NCBI RefSeq assembly: GCF_026210795.1
Contig: NC_089436.1
Coordinates: forward strand, 2,728,001 to 2,792,000
Direction of reading: 5' to 3'
DNA from: Rhizophagus irregularis
Taxonomy: Eukaryota
Length of the DNA: 64,000 nt
This document shows, one piece after another, positions 38,690-53,377 of this stretch; position 1 is the stretch's first letter; the number at the start of each line of letters is the position of its first letter. The position numbers and the translations under genes are program-made. The notes under the pieces are model-generated. The model was not told the DNA's origin. It made no database searches and saw nothing but the letters and a program-made list of their open reading frames with translations.

Positions 38690-41101
38690 CAGTCACAACC
38701 CGATATAACGAAGTAGGCGTCTGGGCCGATCAGACCTTCGTAATAGAATAATTCGGTAACACCATAACAAATTCTTCATTATATTATAACGAAGAATTCG
38801 GTATCATATATAGTGAATATTTTTTACATTTTACTAAATATTCGTTAAATTTTTAATAACAAAAATTTTTTATAATAGATTATTTTTTTTTTCATATTTT
38901 TAATTAAGCATTTCGAAAAATATCATTTATTGAAAATCGTAAACACTACAAAAAAAAATTATACTATATATGCCGTTAAATTCCTAATTTAACAATGATT
39001 TTTGCTCATTTACTTTCGATAAAACTATCAATATTAATTTGCTTTGCAGAAATAAAACGTTGTCTCAAAGCTTCTTTCCTTAACTTCTTAATAAATTTCA
39101 ATTCCTCCTTTTTCTTATCATAACTATCTTCCTGTTGCTCCAAATATAATATTACCTTATCATAAGTTTCAATTGCTTCACTATGAGTAACGAGAGGTAA
39201 GGGGTTCAAAAGTTCTTCCGCTTCCTTTTCTTGATTATCAGGAAGAACAACCTTCAAAATTTCATCATTAGATAAAATTTCTGTAGTAATTTCTGCACTA
39301 TCATATTGAATATATTCATCGGCAGTAAAAGGGCTTTCAAAATCAAGCATATCAATTAACTCCTGAACCTCTCTTAGTTCCTTTATATGCGTATGATAAA
39401 CTTGTGCATCAGGGTCATAGTCGTTTATATGAATTTCGTTTTCACTATTATATTTGGGCAAAATATCTGCTTTCAGCCAACAATTTTCAATTGTAGTTGA
39501 TGTAACATTCTCCCATGCACGTGCAACATATTTGATGCACTTTTTGATGTCGATTTCAACAGGTTTGGTACCATATTCATTATAGTTGTCAAATACTTTA
39601 ACTCGATTATGTAAATACAACTTCCGGTACTGTGCCTAATAAAAATTAATCATTTTCGTTATATAAAAATCTCATTATCAAATAACAGAAAATAATTAAC
39701 TCACCTTAAAACTATTAATTATCCCTTGATCGCACGGTTGCAAGTGAGCCGTTGTATTTGGGGGTAAGAATTTTAAAGTGATATTTGTAAGATGTGTTGT
39801 TTCATATAGGGCATGACTTGGAGCATTATCAATAAGAAGGAGAATATTTCGACCTTGGTTCCTCATTTTACTGTCAAGCTTTTTAAGATATTGATTCCAA
39901 ATCGACACTTGCATCCAGCTTTTTGAATTCCAATAATAATCAACTGGAAAAGTTTTTTTATCAAGATTTTTGAGGGCCCGGGGATTTTCATACTTATGTA
40001 TTAATAATGGAGGCAATTTTTCACTACCAATTGCATTACAGGTAAGTAAAACAGTCACACGGTCTTTTGACTGTTTTGTTCCTGCAGTTGGACCATTAGA
40101 TATTGTACGACTGGGCCGCATCTTCCAGAATAAACCCGTTTCATCGCAATTAAAAACATCTTTAGGGTCATAATCTTTTAAAGTTTGACGAATATCTTCA
40201 CGCATTGCTTCAAGATCCTGAAGTGGTGCACTTGCAGCCTCCCCATGCATATTATATTGCTTAAGATTGTGACGCTTTTTAAAATTGTCTACCCACCCGT
40301 TTGATCCCTTAAATTTCTCTTCTTTACACAAATAGGCAAACTCTAACGCCTTAGTTGAAAGAATATTATCAGTAATAACAAGACCAGCTTGAAGAGCATT
40401 TTCTACCCAAAGAGTTAAAGCATCTTCAATAATAGGAAAAGGTATTTTTTTTTCACGCTTCAAACTAGCTTGATGAGAATTGTCATCTATAGCAAGCCAA
40501 CGGTCTCTTGCTTTTAAGATATCACTAATCATTCCCTCACTTACATTATATTCTTTAGACAAGTCTATTTGCTTTAAAGAAGGCGTTGATATTTTTTTTA
40601 AACATATTTCTTTTTTTTGCGCAGCAGTAAGTGACCTTCGTTTATTTTTAGGGACGACTTCTTGATTTTTAGGGACTTCATTAAGTTGTTTTTTAGGGTT
40701 TACTTTTGGCATTTTCTTATAAGGAAACAAAATAAAAATCGCGAAACACGAAACACGAACATCTATCCATTATTAATTTTGTTATAAAGACTAGACAATA
40801 TGTGAAATTACTATATTGAGAAGAATTTTTGTGTAAAATGAATGTCAAATTATCTTTTATAGTATCGCAAAAACCTTCGTTTTAATTAAAAAAAACTTCG
40901 TTGTAAAAAAATTTCGTTACAAAAGGGGTCATTTTTATATGCAAATTTGTATATTGTACTTCGTTAAACGTTATACTGCATTTAATTAATAAAATTCGGT
41001 ATAATAAATTTTTTTTTATATGTAAAAATCTGTACCCAATTGAAGATCCGTTATATCGTATAATTCGTTTTATCAAAATTCGTTGTAAGGTGAGTTGACT
41101 G
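38690..41101 (-). mobile_element. pogo/Tigger-type transposon with apparently intact transposase
   Basis: TA-flanked imperfect TIRs CAGTCACAACCCGATATAACGAA and (reverse complement) CAGTCAACTCACCTTACAACGAA; subterminal AACGAA/TTCGTT repeats. Confidence 0.85.
39006..40712 (-). CDS. pogo/CENP-B-like DD32D transposase, 545 aa, 2 exons
   Basis: Exons 40712-39705 and 39635-39006 (69-nt GTGAG...TAG intron; SFK|AQYRK). CENP-B-type HTH (SNGWVDNFKKRH), NCDETG, LLIDNAPSH, QPCDQG; no stops or frameshifts seen. Confidence 0.9.
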
Positions 41102-41486
41102 TATATTGCTTATCTATAGAGAAACTAGTATCAATTGGAAACTGATAAATATACTGCAGCGAGGTTATGAACCAAATTAGCATCATAACTTAAAGCAGTC
41201 TTAAAACAGTCATTTTTACTGAAATTATTTGTGAATTTAATGAAAAGAACAAAAGTGATTATTGGAATTTTAAAACTAAACAAAGGAACCGCAGTCTGCA
41301 GATACGAATGACTTAATAGCGATATGTAAAAAATTAAAAGTAATTTACTGTAATTTAACTTATCATAAGTAACAAAGATACTTTTAACGCTATTTGATAT
41401 TTAATAAATGTCCGTTATCAAATGTACTTAATAATTATTCATAATGTTGGCGACGAAAAAATTACAGAAACTTCAAATGATAATTA

Positions 41487-42392
41487 TTATTTCCCCTGAT
41501 TTTGCATCAATTCTTGTCGTACAATTTGAGTAATATAATCTTTTAAGTTATTATTATCATTATTTTCAGGAATCGTAATTACTTCTTGTCCATGATTATA
41601 AGTATTCGTATCATTATGAACCTGGTTCTCATTTACAGAAATTGTAGTTGCCTCTTGTCCATTATTGTAACCCTCCGTATTATTATGACCTGGTACTAAT
41701 AATATATTTTTATTTTTATTATAATTTTTAAACTTTTTGTATAAAAAGAAGAATCCAATTGTTAATAAGCTGCCACCAATCAGTGAACCTATTATTGCAC
41801 CAACCATATTTGGAGTATTGCTGGTATTATTATTAGCAGCAGCAGAAGGAGAAGCAGTAGAAGCACTGCCATAAGAAAGAGCAGCAGCAGTAGCAGGAGC
41901 AGCACCACCAGGAGGAGCACCCCCGCCGATTAGTATAAGAGTACCTGCCATACCACCAGTTCCAGGTGTACAATGACCAGGAACACCACAAAAGAACCAT
42001 GTTTTTCCACCAGCAGCATCATATGGAATAGGTATTGTCCATGTCTTAGGTGCCATAAATGCACCATCAGAAGTGAAAGCGTTAGGTTTTTCTGATTTTG
42101 CGCAGGCTGTTAACGAATCAGTTTCTATAACGCTATGTTTACCAGAAACCCAAGTGAAGACAACCTAGTAATATATTGAAATTTATCTGAATAAAAATAA
42201 ATTATTTTAAGACAAAAAAAAAATAAATAAAAAGATTGTTATGCATACATTATCACCAGGTAGGGCCAATATTTTTGCTGGTTCGAAAACATTTTCTCCT
42301 TTTGCATTACCAACATTAACCATAACATCAGCTGCATGAACGTATATAATAAGTCCCAAAAGGAATAAATATACAGCAAAATTTTTATTCAT
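41487..42392 (-). CDS. Type I membrane cupredoxin (blue-copper, phytocyanin-like) protein, 273 aa, 2 exons
   Basis: Exons 42392-42249 and 42164-41487. Signal peptide; VFEP..PGDN|VVFTW; ligands GKHSV and FCGVPGHCTPGTGGM; Ala/Ser stalk; TM helix VGAIIGSLIGGSLLTIGFFFLY then KKFK. Confidence 0.85.
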
Positions 42393-45300
42393 TTTGATTG
42401 AATTTTTTTTTTGAAGGTATGAGAGAAAATTTTTTATTAAACAAAAATTTTTTATTTTCAATATATTTTCGTTGGAATGTTCTGTAAGGTTAATAAAAAA
42501 CAAAGAGAAGTGTTATGTTACAATAGGGGTGCATTAGTGGTTGCGCCATGCACTCCCTGTGTGTGCGCGGTTTTATATGATCACGTGAAATTTATTTATA
42601 CAGTTTACAGTAGGATCATCCACTCTATTAGCATTAGACATTAGTTTAATATTTATATTTGCTTCTAGAGAAAAGATTAATGGATATGTTAGCTGACATT
42701 TCTGTTTTCTTATCATTATGGTAGTGCTTTAAAAAAAAATTAAAACTTGAAAACACATAAATGCATGTGTATCAAGTCAATAATTATAAAGTATTTCATG
42801 TCAAAAGTTTGAAAGTCTAAGGCACACTGACTTTGACGCCAAAAAAAGTCTGTTACAATTGTTCGTTAAAAAAAAATTCACCCATTTTATTAAATTTGGT
42901 ATTAAAAGCAATAAAAAAATATATATATTTTTTATTTTACAAAAAGTTCTCTTCCATTTTTTTTTAAAAAAAAAATGAAAAAAAAATTGGTTTTCAACAT
43001 TTTCTTCGTTGTCTTTACCATTTAAAAGGGCAAAAAAAAAAATTTAATGTCACAAAAACCGAGATGGTTAGTTAATTTGGTTTCACAAAAACGTGATTGA
43101 GATTAAGCTCAAACTTTACTAATTGGACCGAACGATATTAGCCCTATCTGTCCTTTATATAAATAATTAAATAGAGTATATAGTAAATTAGTACAGTACA
43201 GTAATACAAATTAGTACGAACGCTCAAAAAAAATATTTTAATTTTTCCGTACTCAGACAGACCTTTAAAAATAATTTTCGATTTTCCATACTAATAATTT
43301 TACATCGTAACATCATGTGATCAAATTTGCACCTTTCCGGCGTCCCGTTCTTTTTTTATTTTTATCACACCAAGGTGACATCGTTCGACTGGTGATTTGG
43401 TTTACAGTTTTTTCTGAATTACTTCCGATTTTAGTATATAGTTTCTTTGTAATTTGTTCTGTAACTTTGTTAGTGTAACTTTGTTCGCTTTGAGAAATAA
43501 AAATAAAAATAAAAATAAAAATAAAATCCATAAACTTTTTTTTTGACTAAAAAAATTATTTTCCAGATCGTTTATCCCTGGGCTTTTTTGTTTGAATGCC
43601 AATCACAAAGATAAATTAAAACATTATTCACTTTCTTGTGATGTTCTTCTTGGCGGAAAAGTTTAATTTGATTTAATATTTTCTCTTTTATTTCTTGGAG
43701 TTGCGCTAGATTGGAGAATTTGTTAATATATGTATATTTTCACTCTTCATTAATTTTTGTTTTCTTCTCCCTTAAATGATCCCAACGTCAGAGTTTGGTT
43801 TTTCAGTTTGGATTTTTGCTTCGACTTCTACCGTTTTTATAAAAATCTTCAAAAACAATTCTTCATGGAAGAAATAACTTCTTGTCAATTCGACTAATCA
43901 AAGGATAAATGAACAATTGACAATTTAAGTTGAGCAGCCAATTTAATTACCTTGAGGATAATGTTTGATACGAAAATTTAAAGTACGAAAATATTTTAAA
44001 CTTTCGTACGTACTAGTATAATTTTTATTGGATTGATTAAACGTACGTACAATCAAAATATGAGGGCGTACGACCAAACTTGCATCAACGTACAGTACTA
44101 CTTTACTTATTGTCTAATTAAATAGATCTATTATACTGTACATTAAAGATAAATTAGATATATATTTTTATCTTAATACTTAAATAATAGTGTTTCGGAG
44201 GGTTCTTACTATTTTATTTATTAATGAATTTTGAAAAGAAAAAAGTAAATAAATAAATAAATAAACATAAATAAAAAAAAAATTAACAAAATGTACTTTA
44301 TATTAAAATAATATTCGTTAAACAATGTACAGTACTTCCGGAAAATTCCATATATTTATAATAAGGTTTAAAAATTTTTTCATTTATTTTTCAGATATGA
44401 TTAAGAATGATACTAATATCTACCAAGAATTTGCAAATACGTAGATATTACTCTTACTATAAAAAAAATTCAATTAAAAGTTTCGTTATTACGATTTATT
44501 AGTAACCGTTACTTTTTATATATTTTGTTCTAATTTTAAATTATTGTACCTTGAAATATAAATTATGTATTAAAAATCACAACACTTTAACTTATTGTAA
44601 AAAAAAATTTATTTGACTAACTAGGTAGTTTCGTATAATAGGTACTGCAGTTGCGTTGATGAGTAGCCGATGTTTAGTGTTAAGAATTAACATTAACAGG
44701 ATGAGTTTTGGTCATCATTAAAATAATTAATTGAATTGATACACTTCGAAAAGTTGCTTATTAGTTAGCCAGTACATTTATCTATAGATCATTTATGAAA
44801 ATGATGTTTTTTAAAATTCGCTGTTCGCCACGAAACATAAATTTATAGCTTTACCTATATTAAATGGTAAAGAGAAGAAATTAGTTTTGATAAAACTTCT
44901 GTCAAATATAGCAAGTTTATAAAGATGAACGAAAAAAAAGAAGGGGATAAAGAAGAGCCAAAATAAAAATGATGATGAGAAATGTAAAAAAGTAAGGGGA
45001 ATGAAAATAAACAAATAAAAGTAAATGGAATGAAGAGGAACAAAGATTAATAATAAAAAACTACTACTCATGAAAAAAAAGAAAACTAGTTAATATCGTT
45101 TAAAGCAGAAATAATAAAGGATACAAAGGAAAAACGCGAAAAATAGGAAAAATGACAAAACAACAAAATAACCACCTTAAGAACCACGTATTGTCATGTG
45201 ATTAGAGGGCGAATAATTTACCATAACTTTTTTCTAATAGGATAATATATTATAAATGTTACTATCTATTTTTAAATTGTCATAATTATAATATTTGTTA

Positions 45301-48300
45301 ATTGATCAAATATTTCTAGTTTCATTAAATTTATTAATAAATATTGAAATTTATTAATACATTGGATTAATACTTTATTATTGTAATAAATATGATATGA
45401 TATAATGTAACTATTTAAATAATAAAAGAAGAAATTTATACTGTGTATTTAAATTTTTTAACACTAATACAAGTTGAATCAAAAGAGATTTTATAATGAC
45501 TTTTTTATTTTTACTCCAATAATTATTAAAGGATTAATTATTGCTTCTGTTGTAAAATGTGAATTTGCAGTACTTTTTAGCTAGTTCAATTATCAATACA
45601 TTTTTTGTATAAAATTGTAAACATTAAGCTATAATTTGAGATCCATTTCATGTGTTCAGAGAACCATTTGATAAATAATACACTTGGTATAATGTCATTG
45701 TTGATTATTTTTCAATAAAAAGAAAATTTCTTTAGGCCAGACAAATTGGATTTACTGTTTAACAAGAGTTTTTATTAAAAAAAAAATTCTTTCTTTTTTT
45801 TTATAGGTTCGGGTGGGCTTCCGAAGAACGAAAACCTAAAGATAAAGATTCGTAAGTACGAATCTTTATATATTTTTTATTTTTATTTTTTTTTATCATT
45901 TTGGAACGGTTTACTAACCGTTCCTTTCTTTTTTTTATAGGTTTGGGCGGGCTTTTGTGTGGAAAAACCAAGATTCGTACTTATTAACTATCAAATTTTG
46001 AAAATATGAGGTGTAGAAATAGTATGTTTTGGTTTTGGAGTTTGCATTAAAGAAGTTTTTTGATTTTGTATAGCTGATTATATAGCAGCAGGAAGTGAAA
46101 TATAATTAAAAAAAGATCTATAATACTGCTAACAAACATTAATATTAATAATTAAGAAATTTATTTTGGATAATTTAAATTGATCAAACAAAATTTGTCT
46201 TTTATATCTTCCTCACTTAAGTGATTTCAACTGCATTTCTTGAAATATTATGTTGATCAACTAAAGATAATGGAGATTTTATAGAGAGGGATATTTTATA
46301 AAAAATTTTTTTTTTGTATCTATATAAATCAAAATATTTGAGGGAGGGGAGTGGGAATATTAAAAAAACATTGATAAATTTTACTATTATTGATGTATGT
46401 CTATATTATATGTAGAGTTATACTGAGAATGCAAGTATCTCAAGAATTTTTGTCATTACTTTATTCTTTTGATTATTAAACTTTATCACATAATCTTGTG
46501 ATAAAGTTCTTAATATTTCTTTTATTTCAGCATAGTGTATGGAAAAATTTTGGTAAATATTAGATATTATAATAATAAACTTTAGAAATTTTGAGAGGTT
46601 TTCTCAAACAGAAAATCAAATTGGTCCAGCCTTATTAAAGCCTTTTTAACATATAAAATCATTATAATAGCAAAGTATTAAACATAATATGTAAGAGTAT
46701 ATGAAAATGATTTCATATAATCCATTCTTGAACTTTGTATCACCTTCCACCTCATGCCCTGTTCCTCCATTCATCAACAATCCTAAAAATGTTAATACTA
46801 ATAATTTTTTTTTATATCAATAATGAAACTGATAGCAGAATCCTATTATAATAATCATCATTTCTATTCCATCTTTGCTGGTCATGCCATTGAGCTAATT
46901 CTGAAGGATGATGTCGATGGTGGTGGGCATTTGAGTAGTATTTTGCAAATTAATATCAATTAAAATCAGATTTAAAGGTTTGTAGAAAGAAAGTATATGA
47001 GTGAGTTATTTAAGCAAAAAATCTTACAAAACATACTCTCTTTTATGAGTTTTTCTGCACATGCTCAAGAAATATGCTTTTGCCTCATTGTACACAAGAC
47101 AATTGTAATTCTGCTGTTAATATAAATGGAGTAGCTTGAAGAGTTGTGACAGGTGAAGTAGTTGAAGCAAATTAAAAGAAGTTTTGAGGATGTATATACT
47201 TTTTGCCTTAACATGCAGAATTATTGTTACAAAAATATTTCTTCATAAATAATATATTTTTTTTAAAAACAAAATTAATAATATTTTCCACCTTCCTTCC
47301 AGCCTTTTTATTTTTGAAAAAAAAACTATAATTGGGAAGAGTGTCATTGTGTACTTTTATTGAAAAATAATTAATTATCAATTATATCACATAACAGTTT
47401 ATAATGATTTATAATTCACTTAAATTTTATGCACCGTGGAAATATAATAATTAAACTTATCACAAAACTTCTCATGATTAATCGACAGTATTTGACTAAA
47501 ATGTGAATTTATTTATATGTAGCTTTACTTGTTAATCATTATTGAAGGTCTGAATTGGTTAAAATTTTTTTGGTTATTAATCTTTTTTAATCGCAGCTTA
47601 CTAGCCAGTTTATGCTGCAAATTTATCAAAGGAAAAAATTTTTTTACGATTTTTTTTATTAAATATAAAATTAATTTTTAAAAAAAAATTGAAAATTCGC
47701 AGCCATCCACTAAATATATAAATCATTTATTCAAAGTACCAACTGATATATCAACATTATTATTATATTGTATAAGGAAAATTCATGATCATGGTTATAT
47801 TAGTCATGCGGCATAAAATTTACCGAAGTGTACACGAAACAATCTTATAACATGTTTTCGCCTGAGTAATTTGATGACTATACATCCATGTGGTAATATA
47901 TACAATTATATTGTTAGCGTTTTATTAATATTTCTCTTTTCCCCTTTTTTGTAATATAATGGTAATATATATTTAAAAAAATATTGTGAAATACAATATG
48001 ATCTAACTATCAAAGTAAATTCATTAAATCATTGACTCCCCTAATAAAATTATATACTTTATATATAGAATAATAAAAGTTGTTTATTGGATTTTGATCT
48101 TCCTTCTCTACTTATAAAATGAAAATATTACTGTACAAATACAGTACCTATTATTTATGTTGAAAAGCAAGTTTTTGTGGTTACATAATTTTGCAAATAT
48201 TAGTTTTCAAATAATGAAATACTGCAAGCAACGATAATTATTCAGTTCGTACTATTTGTATTTCGTCATGTTATCAAATTGATGTAATGAAAGAAGGTTG

Positions 48301-50569
48301 GAACCGATTTTGGAATACCGGATTTCTTGATTTGGTGTTGTGGTTCCGATCAACCGATTATATTTAAACAAGTTCAAACCGACTAACTGGTTAAATTAAA
48401 CTTGGTTAAACCGATTAACGATCAACTTTTTTTCCGATTAAATTTTTTTTATTTTTATTTTTTTTTTTAATTAAAATTATTTAAAATATATATAGTGTTA
48501 TGTTATTACATAAATATATATAAGCAAATGAAATTAGTGAATAAATTACAAGCGTCAGTGTCAAATAATAATTTAATAAGATTAGCCAATAAGAAAAATT
48601 CTTGTAAATTTTCTGATGATATCAGATTTATATCAACATTTTAACATTAAAATGAGTAGTTACAATTTTCATAATATTTATGTAACAATATTAGCTAGTA
48701 ATTCTCTACTTTCTTCCTATTCTGTATTGGTTTTATGCATTTTAAAATGTAATACTAGACATAAAAAGAATAATTTCTATGAAGTAACCGTTGAAAGGTT
48801 TTCAAGGTATATTCTAGATTCTACTAGACGAATTAGGAAAAAAATTTTGGTTATTAAAATTATAAATGTTATTATTTATAATCTGAATCCAGTAAATAGT
48901 GATGATAATGGAGTACATATTCCTCCTAAGTCCTAGTTCTAATCCTAGTAATATTAATCTTAAATCAATTACAATTAAATATTATAAAGTAACATCCCAT
49001 TTACATACTACTGGACTCATGTCCTATAAATATTTTTTTTTATTCATTTATTCAATAAACAAATATGATATTAAAACTCATATATCATTTTATATAATGT
49101 TTATAGCATACTGATACATTGGCTTTTTTTTTTTTAATTTAAAAAATTGAATTTAATAATATAGCCATGGCTGATTAGATTGAATGAAATAAAATATTTC
49201 ATATAATATTACATAATTTTTTTTCATAATTATCTTTCATATTAATTAAAATATTATCCATTTATTTCATTTTTTTATTTTATTTTAAGTGTATGATATG
49301 GATCATGAAGTTGTGTGATAAAAATTCTCATGTATGGTATTTTTCTACTTCTTTCTATTCAACTATTTCTATTTTTTTTTTTAATAATAAATTTCAATTA
49401 ATTTATATTACAGCTGTTTGCAAAAATAATGAATCACCCGATTCATTGAAGCTTCATTACTCAGTTATACGGATCGGCATAATTTTGGCCAATTTATAAT
49501 TCCGGCCAAAATTAACGTATGTAGATCATTTCTTTTTCTAAAGTTTGTAACCATTATTAATCATCAAACCGCTAGCTAAAATAGCTTGTACAAAAAAAAT
49601 GCATTTTGGCTGAACCTGTGTGACGACTATGACGTAGAAACAATAACTTTTTTAACTTAATCTATCTGCTATTTATAAAGTACATTTCCTCGAATACTTT
49701 TCTGGTAAAAACTCGGTAATAATTATATAAATTAATATTAAAAGTTTAAAATTAATTAATACCCAAAAATAATCAAATTATTTATGGCTTAACAGTTAAA
49801 TGAGATACTTATAGTACGAATCAATATTCAAATCAGTTCAAATAATTAAATGACGTTTAAAAGGTAGGTTTTTATTATTTCAATTGGCTAAATGAATTTA
49901 CTTATATAATTAACAAAAATGCTTTTTAACACTTGTCTACGAAAAAAAAAAAATTTTTTTCTTTCTCCGAAAAGAGCGATTTACTCTGATTTTATTAAAA
50001 TCTATACGCTTCCATAATTTAACGGTATAAAAGATTACATTTCAAACATCTCTAATATATGAAATATACTTTTATAATTTCACTTGATGTTTCAAAATTT
50101 ATGTCGTCTGAAATTACTACGTTAATCACGTGATGCTATCAAAATGTCAAAATTTGCATCATCGTTCTCTTATTGCATAAGTATTAGTAAATTATGACAA
50201 CAAAAGTAAAGAAAATAAAGTTCTACTTAATTTAAAGTTTTTAAACATGTATTATTGTTATATCTTTTTCATTGATCCCACTAAACTGAGAGAATCTATC
50301 CGATATTTTGATGCCTACGAAGAGCATCATAGCATCATGAATAGTAACCGAAGTCAGGAATCGAGTCATATTTAGTTTCATACCCAATTGTAGATAAATT
50401 TACAATTAAAAGAAAACAAGAAAAATGTACAGTGAAAAATGGTAAAATTTAAATATAACTATGATATGATACTATGAAAATAAGTGGTAAATTTTAAATA
50501 TAACCATGTCTAAAATCTAAATCCTTTTCTATATATAAATAAATATTCTCCATTAAAATTAACTCCATA

Positions 50570-51550
50570 TTATTTATTTTGATTTTTACGACTTACTAGG
50601 TAATATAATTTTTTTAAGCCACTAGTATCATTATTTTTAGAAATTGAAATTGATTCTTCTCGTCCGTTATTAGACTGATTAGCTTCCTGTTCATTATAAA
50701 CTTCTATATTACTATCGCCATGATACTCATTATTATTTTCGGACATCACATAGTTTCCTGGTATTAATATTACATCTTGATTATTCCTATTGTCTTCTGG
50801 TACTAACATTTTATCTTTATTGGTTTTATTTCTTTTATATAAAAAGACACTTCCTATTGTTAATAAGATACCACCAAACAGTCCACCTATTATCGCGCCA
50901 ATCGTTGATGCCTTATTATCGGTATTCTTATTATCAGGGCCATTAATTCCGTCTGAAGAAACTTTACCAGCTTTACCAGGACCAGTTTTGCCAGGAGCAT
51001 TAGGATTCCTAATTATAAGGGTACCTTCCATACCACCAAAACCAGGTGTACAATGACCAGGAACACCACAGTAAAACCGTCTTTTTCCAGCAACGTCAAC
51101 TGGTAAAGTCCATTGTTTAGGTGCCATGAATGCACCACCAGAAGTGAAAGCGTCAGACCTTGATGACATTGAGCATATTTTTGCTGCGATGTAAAAAAAA
51201 AATAAAATTATGCATATTATATAATAAAATTTGTAATAATAGCCGTAATAATAGTTGTAACAAATACCTGCATCGGATTCTATAATACTATGTTTACCGG
51301 TTTTCCAAGTAAAGACAATCTAATAATTTATTAAAATTTATCTGAGTTGATATAAATTATTTTTAGGACAAAGAAAAAAATAAAAAGGTTGTTATACTGT
51401 ACATACGTTATCACCAACGGTGGCCAATACGACGTTTGGGATGAAAGCATTTTTTCCTTTTGGACCACCAACCTCAACCATTATATCAGCTGCATAGGCG
51501 TATATTATAATTCCTAAAAGGAATAAATATATAGAAAGTGTTTTATTCAT
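50570..51550 (-). CDS. Paralogous type I membrane cupredoxin, 3 exons
   Basis: Exons 51550-51407, 51319-51268, 51183-50570 splice in frame. GKHSI and YCGVPGHCTPGFGGM; TM IGAIIGGLFGGILLTIGSVFLY then KR. Confidence 0.85.
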
Positions 51551-53377
51551 TTAATAATTTTTTTTTCTTATTATTTTTTTTTTTTGAAGGGTGCGAAGTG
51601 AAAGTTTTTTATTTTATTTATGAATGTGTAGATCCTTTTTATTTGAGGCGTTGAATAATAATTCCGGCCTAAAGAGCCTAAAGAGCTAATAATAGTAAAT
51701 TTAGTATCTTATTAACTAATTATATTTTATTTTATTGGACAAATGTGTAACGCCCCTGCATCAAATAATTAATTAGTGCGAAAATCGCGTGATTTACCGC
51801 AGTTAAATACAGTATATGATGAATTGATGACCGAATTCACCAAACCAAAAAAGATTTTGATTCTGTGTACATTATTAATAATATATTAGTAATTTTTTTT
51901 TTAAATGTTTAATACTATGATCTTGTTGCGAAGAAAAAGAGTTATAGAAAAAATTACTCTACTCTATTTAATTATTTTTAATAAAAATTTTATAAAATGT
52001 TTTTTATCCTTTTTTTTTTAAAAAAAAAAAATTGTTAAATCTTCAAAAAAGTTCTCTCGTTAGGGGGATTGACGTCAAAGCAGGAATTCAAAATATAGCG
52101 TGGTACAAGATTTGACATGTAATTACAACATGTGACAATATAATCCTTTTTTCAACATCTTTTTTTTTTTAAGGATAATAATGAAACTTTAATATTTCTC
52201 CTAATCAGATTTAGACTATAAGAAATGATTAATTAACTAAATTTGGGAAATAAATTATAAGAATATTTTTATTTAAATTCGTGATCAATTAAGACTAAAT
52301 ATTTGATCGATTCAAATATGGTCGATAGAAATTTGGTTAACTGATCATAAGTTTTTATTTCCTTTATAAGTTCATCAATTTGTAACCGAATCGTATAATT
52401 TTTACTGGATATTCTTTAAACCTTTTTTATCCAAATATTATAAAGTATTTTATATAAAATTCAAAAATCTTTCAAATCCGTCATGAAATGTTTTTTTTCA
52501 TTCTATTTATAGTTATACTTAAATGTCTAGTATACTAAAAAGTTGTGCATTACAATAAGAAGTAGTGCGCCAAAATACTTATATCATAGTAGGATTAGAT
52601 CAAAAAATTCGTACGGCGCTGCAAAAAATGTGAGTTATAAAGCAAGACTTGAACAATTTAATGGATTAAATAGCTTTCTAGAACAAATTGTTCAGTCATT
52701 TGAGTTTCTCTCATACAGTGAATTGCGAAAAATTGGTGGTTTATAACATAAAATTGATTTAAATAAAAAAAGAAAAATATATTCATTTACTATGAAATAA
52801 AGATAACAATATGTTTTATTTTCTTTATATTTAATATATTTTTTTTTAAAAAAAAAGATTAATTTGTCACTTTTCTTGTAATAACTTTAAAAGTGCAACA
52901 AATACTCTTAAAATTTAATAATCATTTTTTGACTAAATTTTGTTATTTAGCTAGCTGTACCATATAATTAAGTACCTGTTCGATATTTATAATGGTCCCG
53001 TGAGTAATATCAAGCAATCTGATTGGCCTCTTAAGTATTCTTTCTAATTCTGCTCATATGTAATATAATCTGAGCATCTTTAGTTTATATATACAGTACT
53101 TCAAAATTAAAAAAAAATTAAAAATGAATATATTTTTATTGATATATATAAACTTATCTATATTGAGTTATTATATTCCTTAACTGTTAAATATATAAAT
53201 ATTAAATAGGCATAACTAATTATAAAATAGAAATAAAATGTTATCATAAAAGATTAAGAGTAATATCAATGAAAGTGTATAATATATCGATCGTATCGTT
53301 TATAATTATTTATAAAAATTCTAATAATCTCTTTGTTTCGATTTCTTTCTTGTATTTTTATAAAATCAAACGATTAG

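Noticed and set aside
42526..42570. Hairpin with TGCACTC/TGCACCC metal-response-like motifs upstream of cupredoxin 1
   Set aside because: Short motif, not clearly conserved upstream of the paralog.
43195..44095. Possible decayed TA-flanked transposon
   Set aside because: Terminal similarity is weak and no transposase motif is recognisable.
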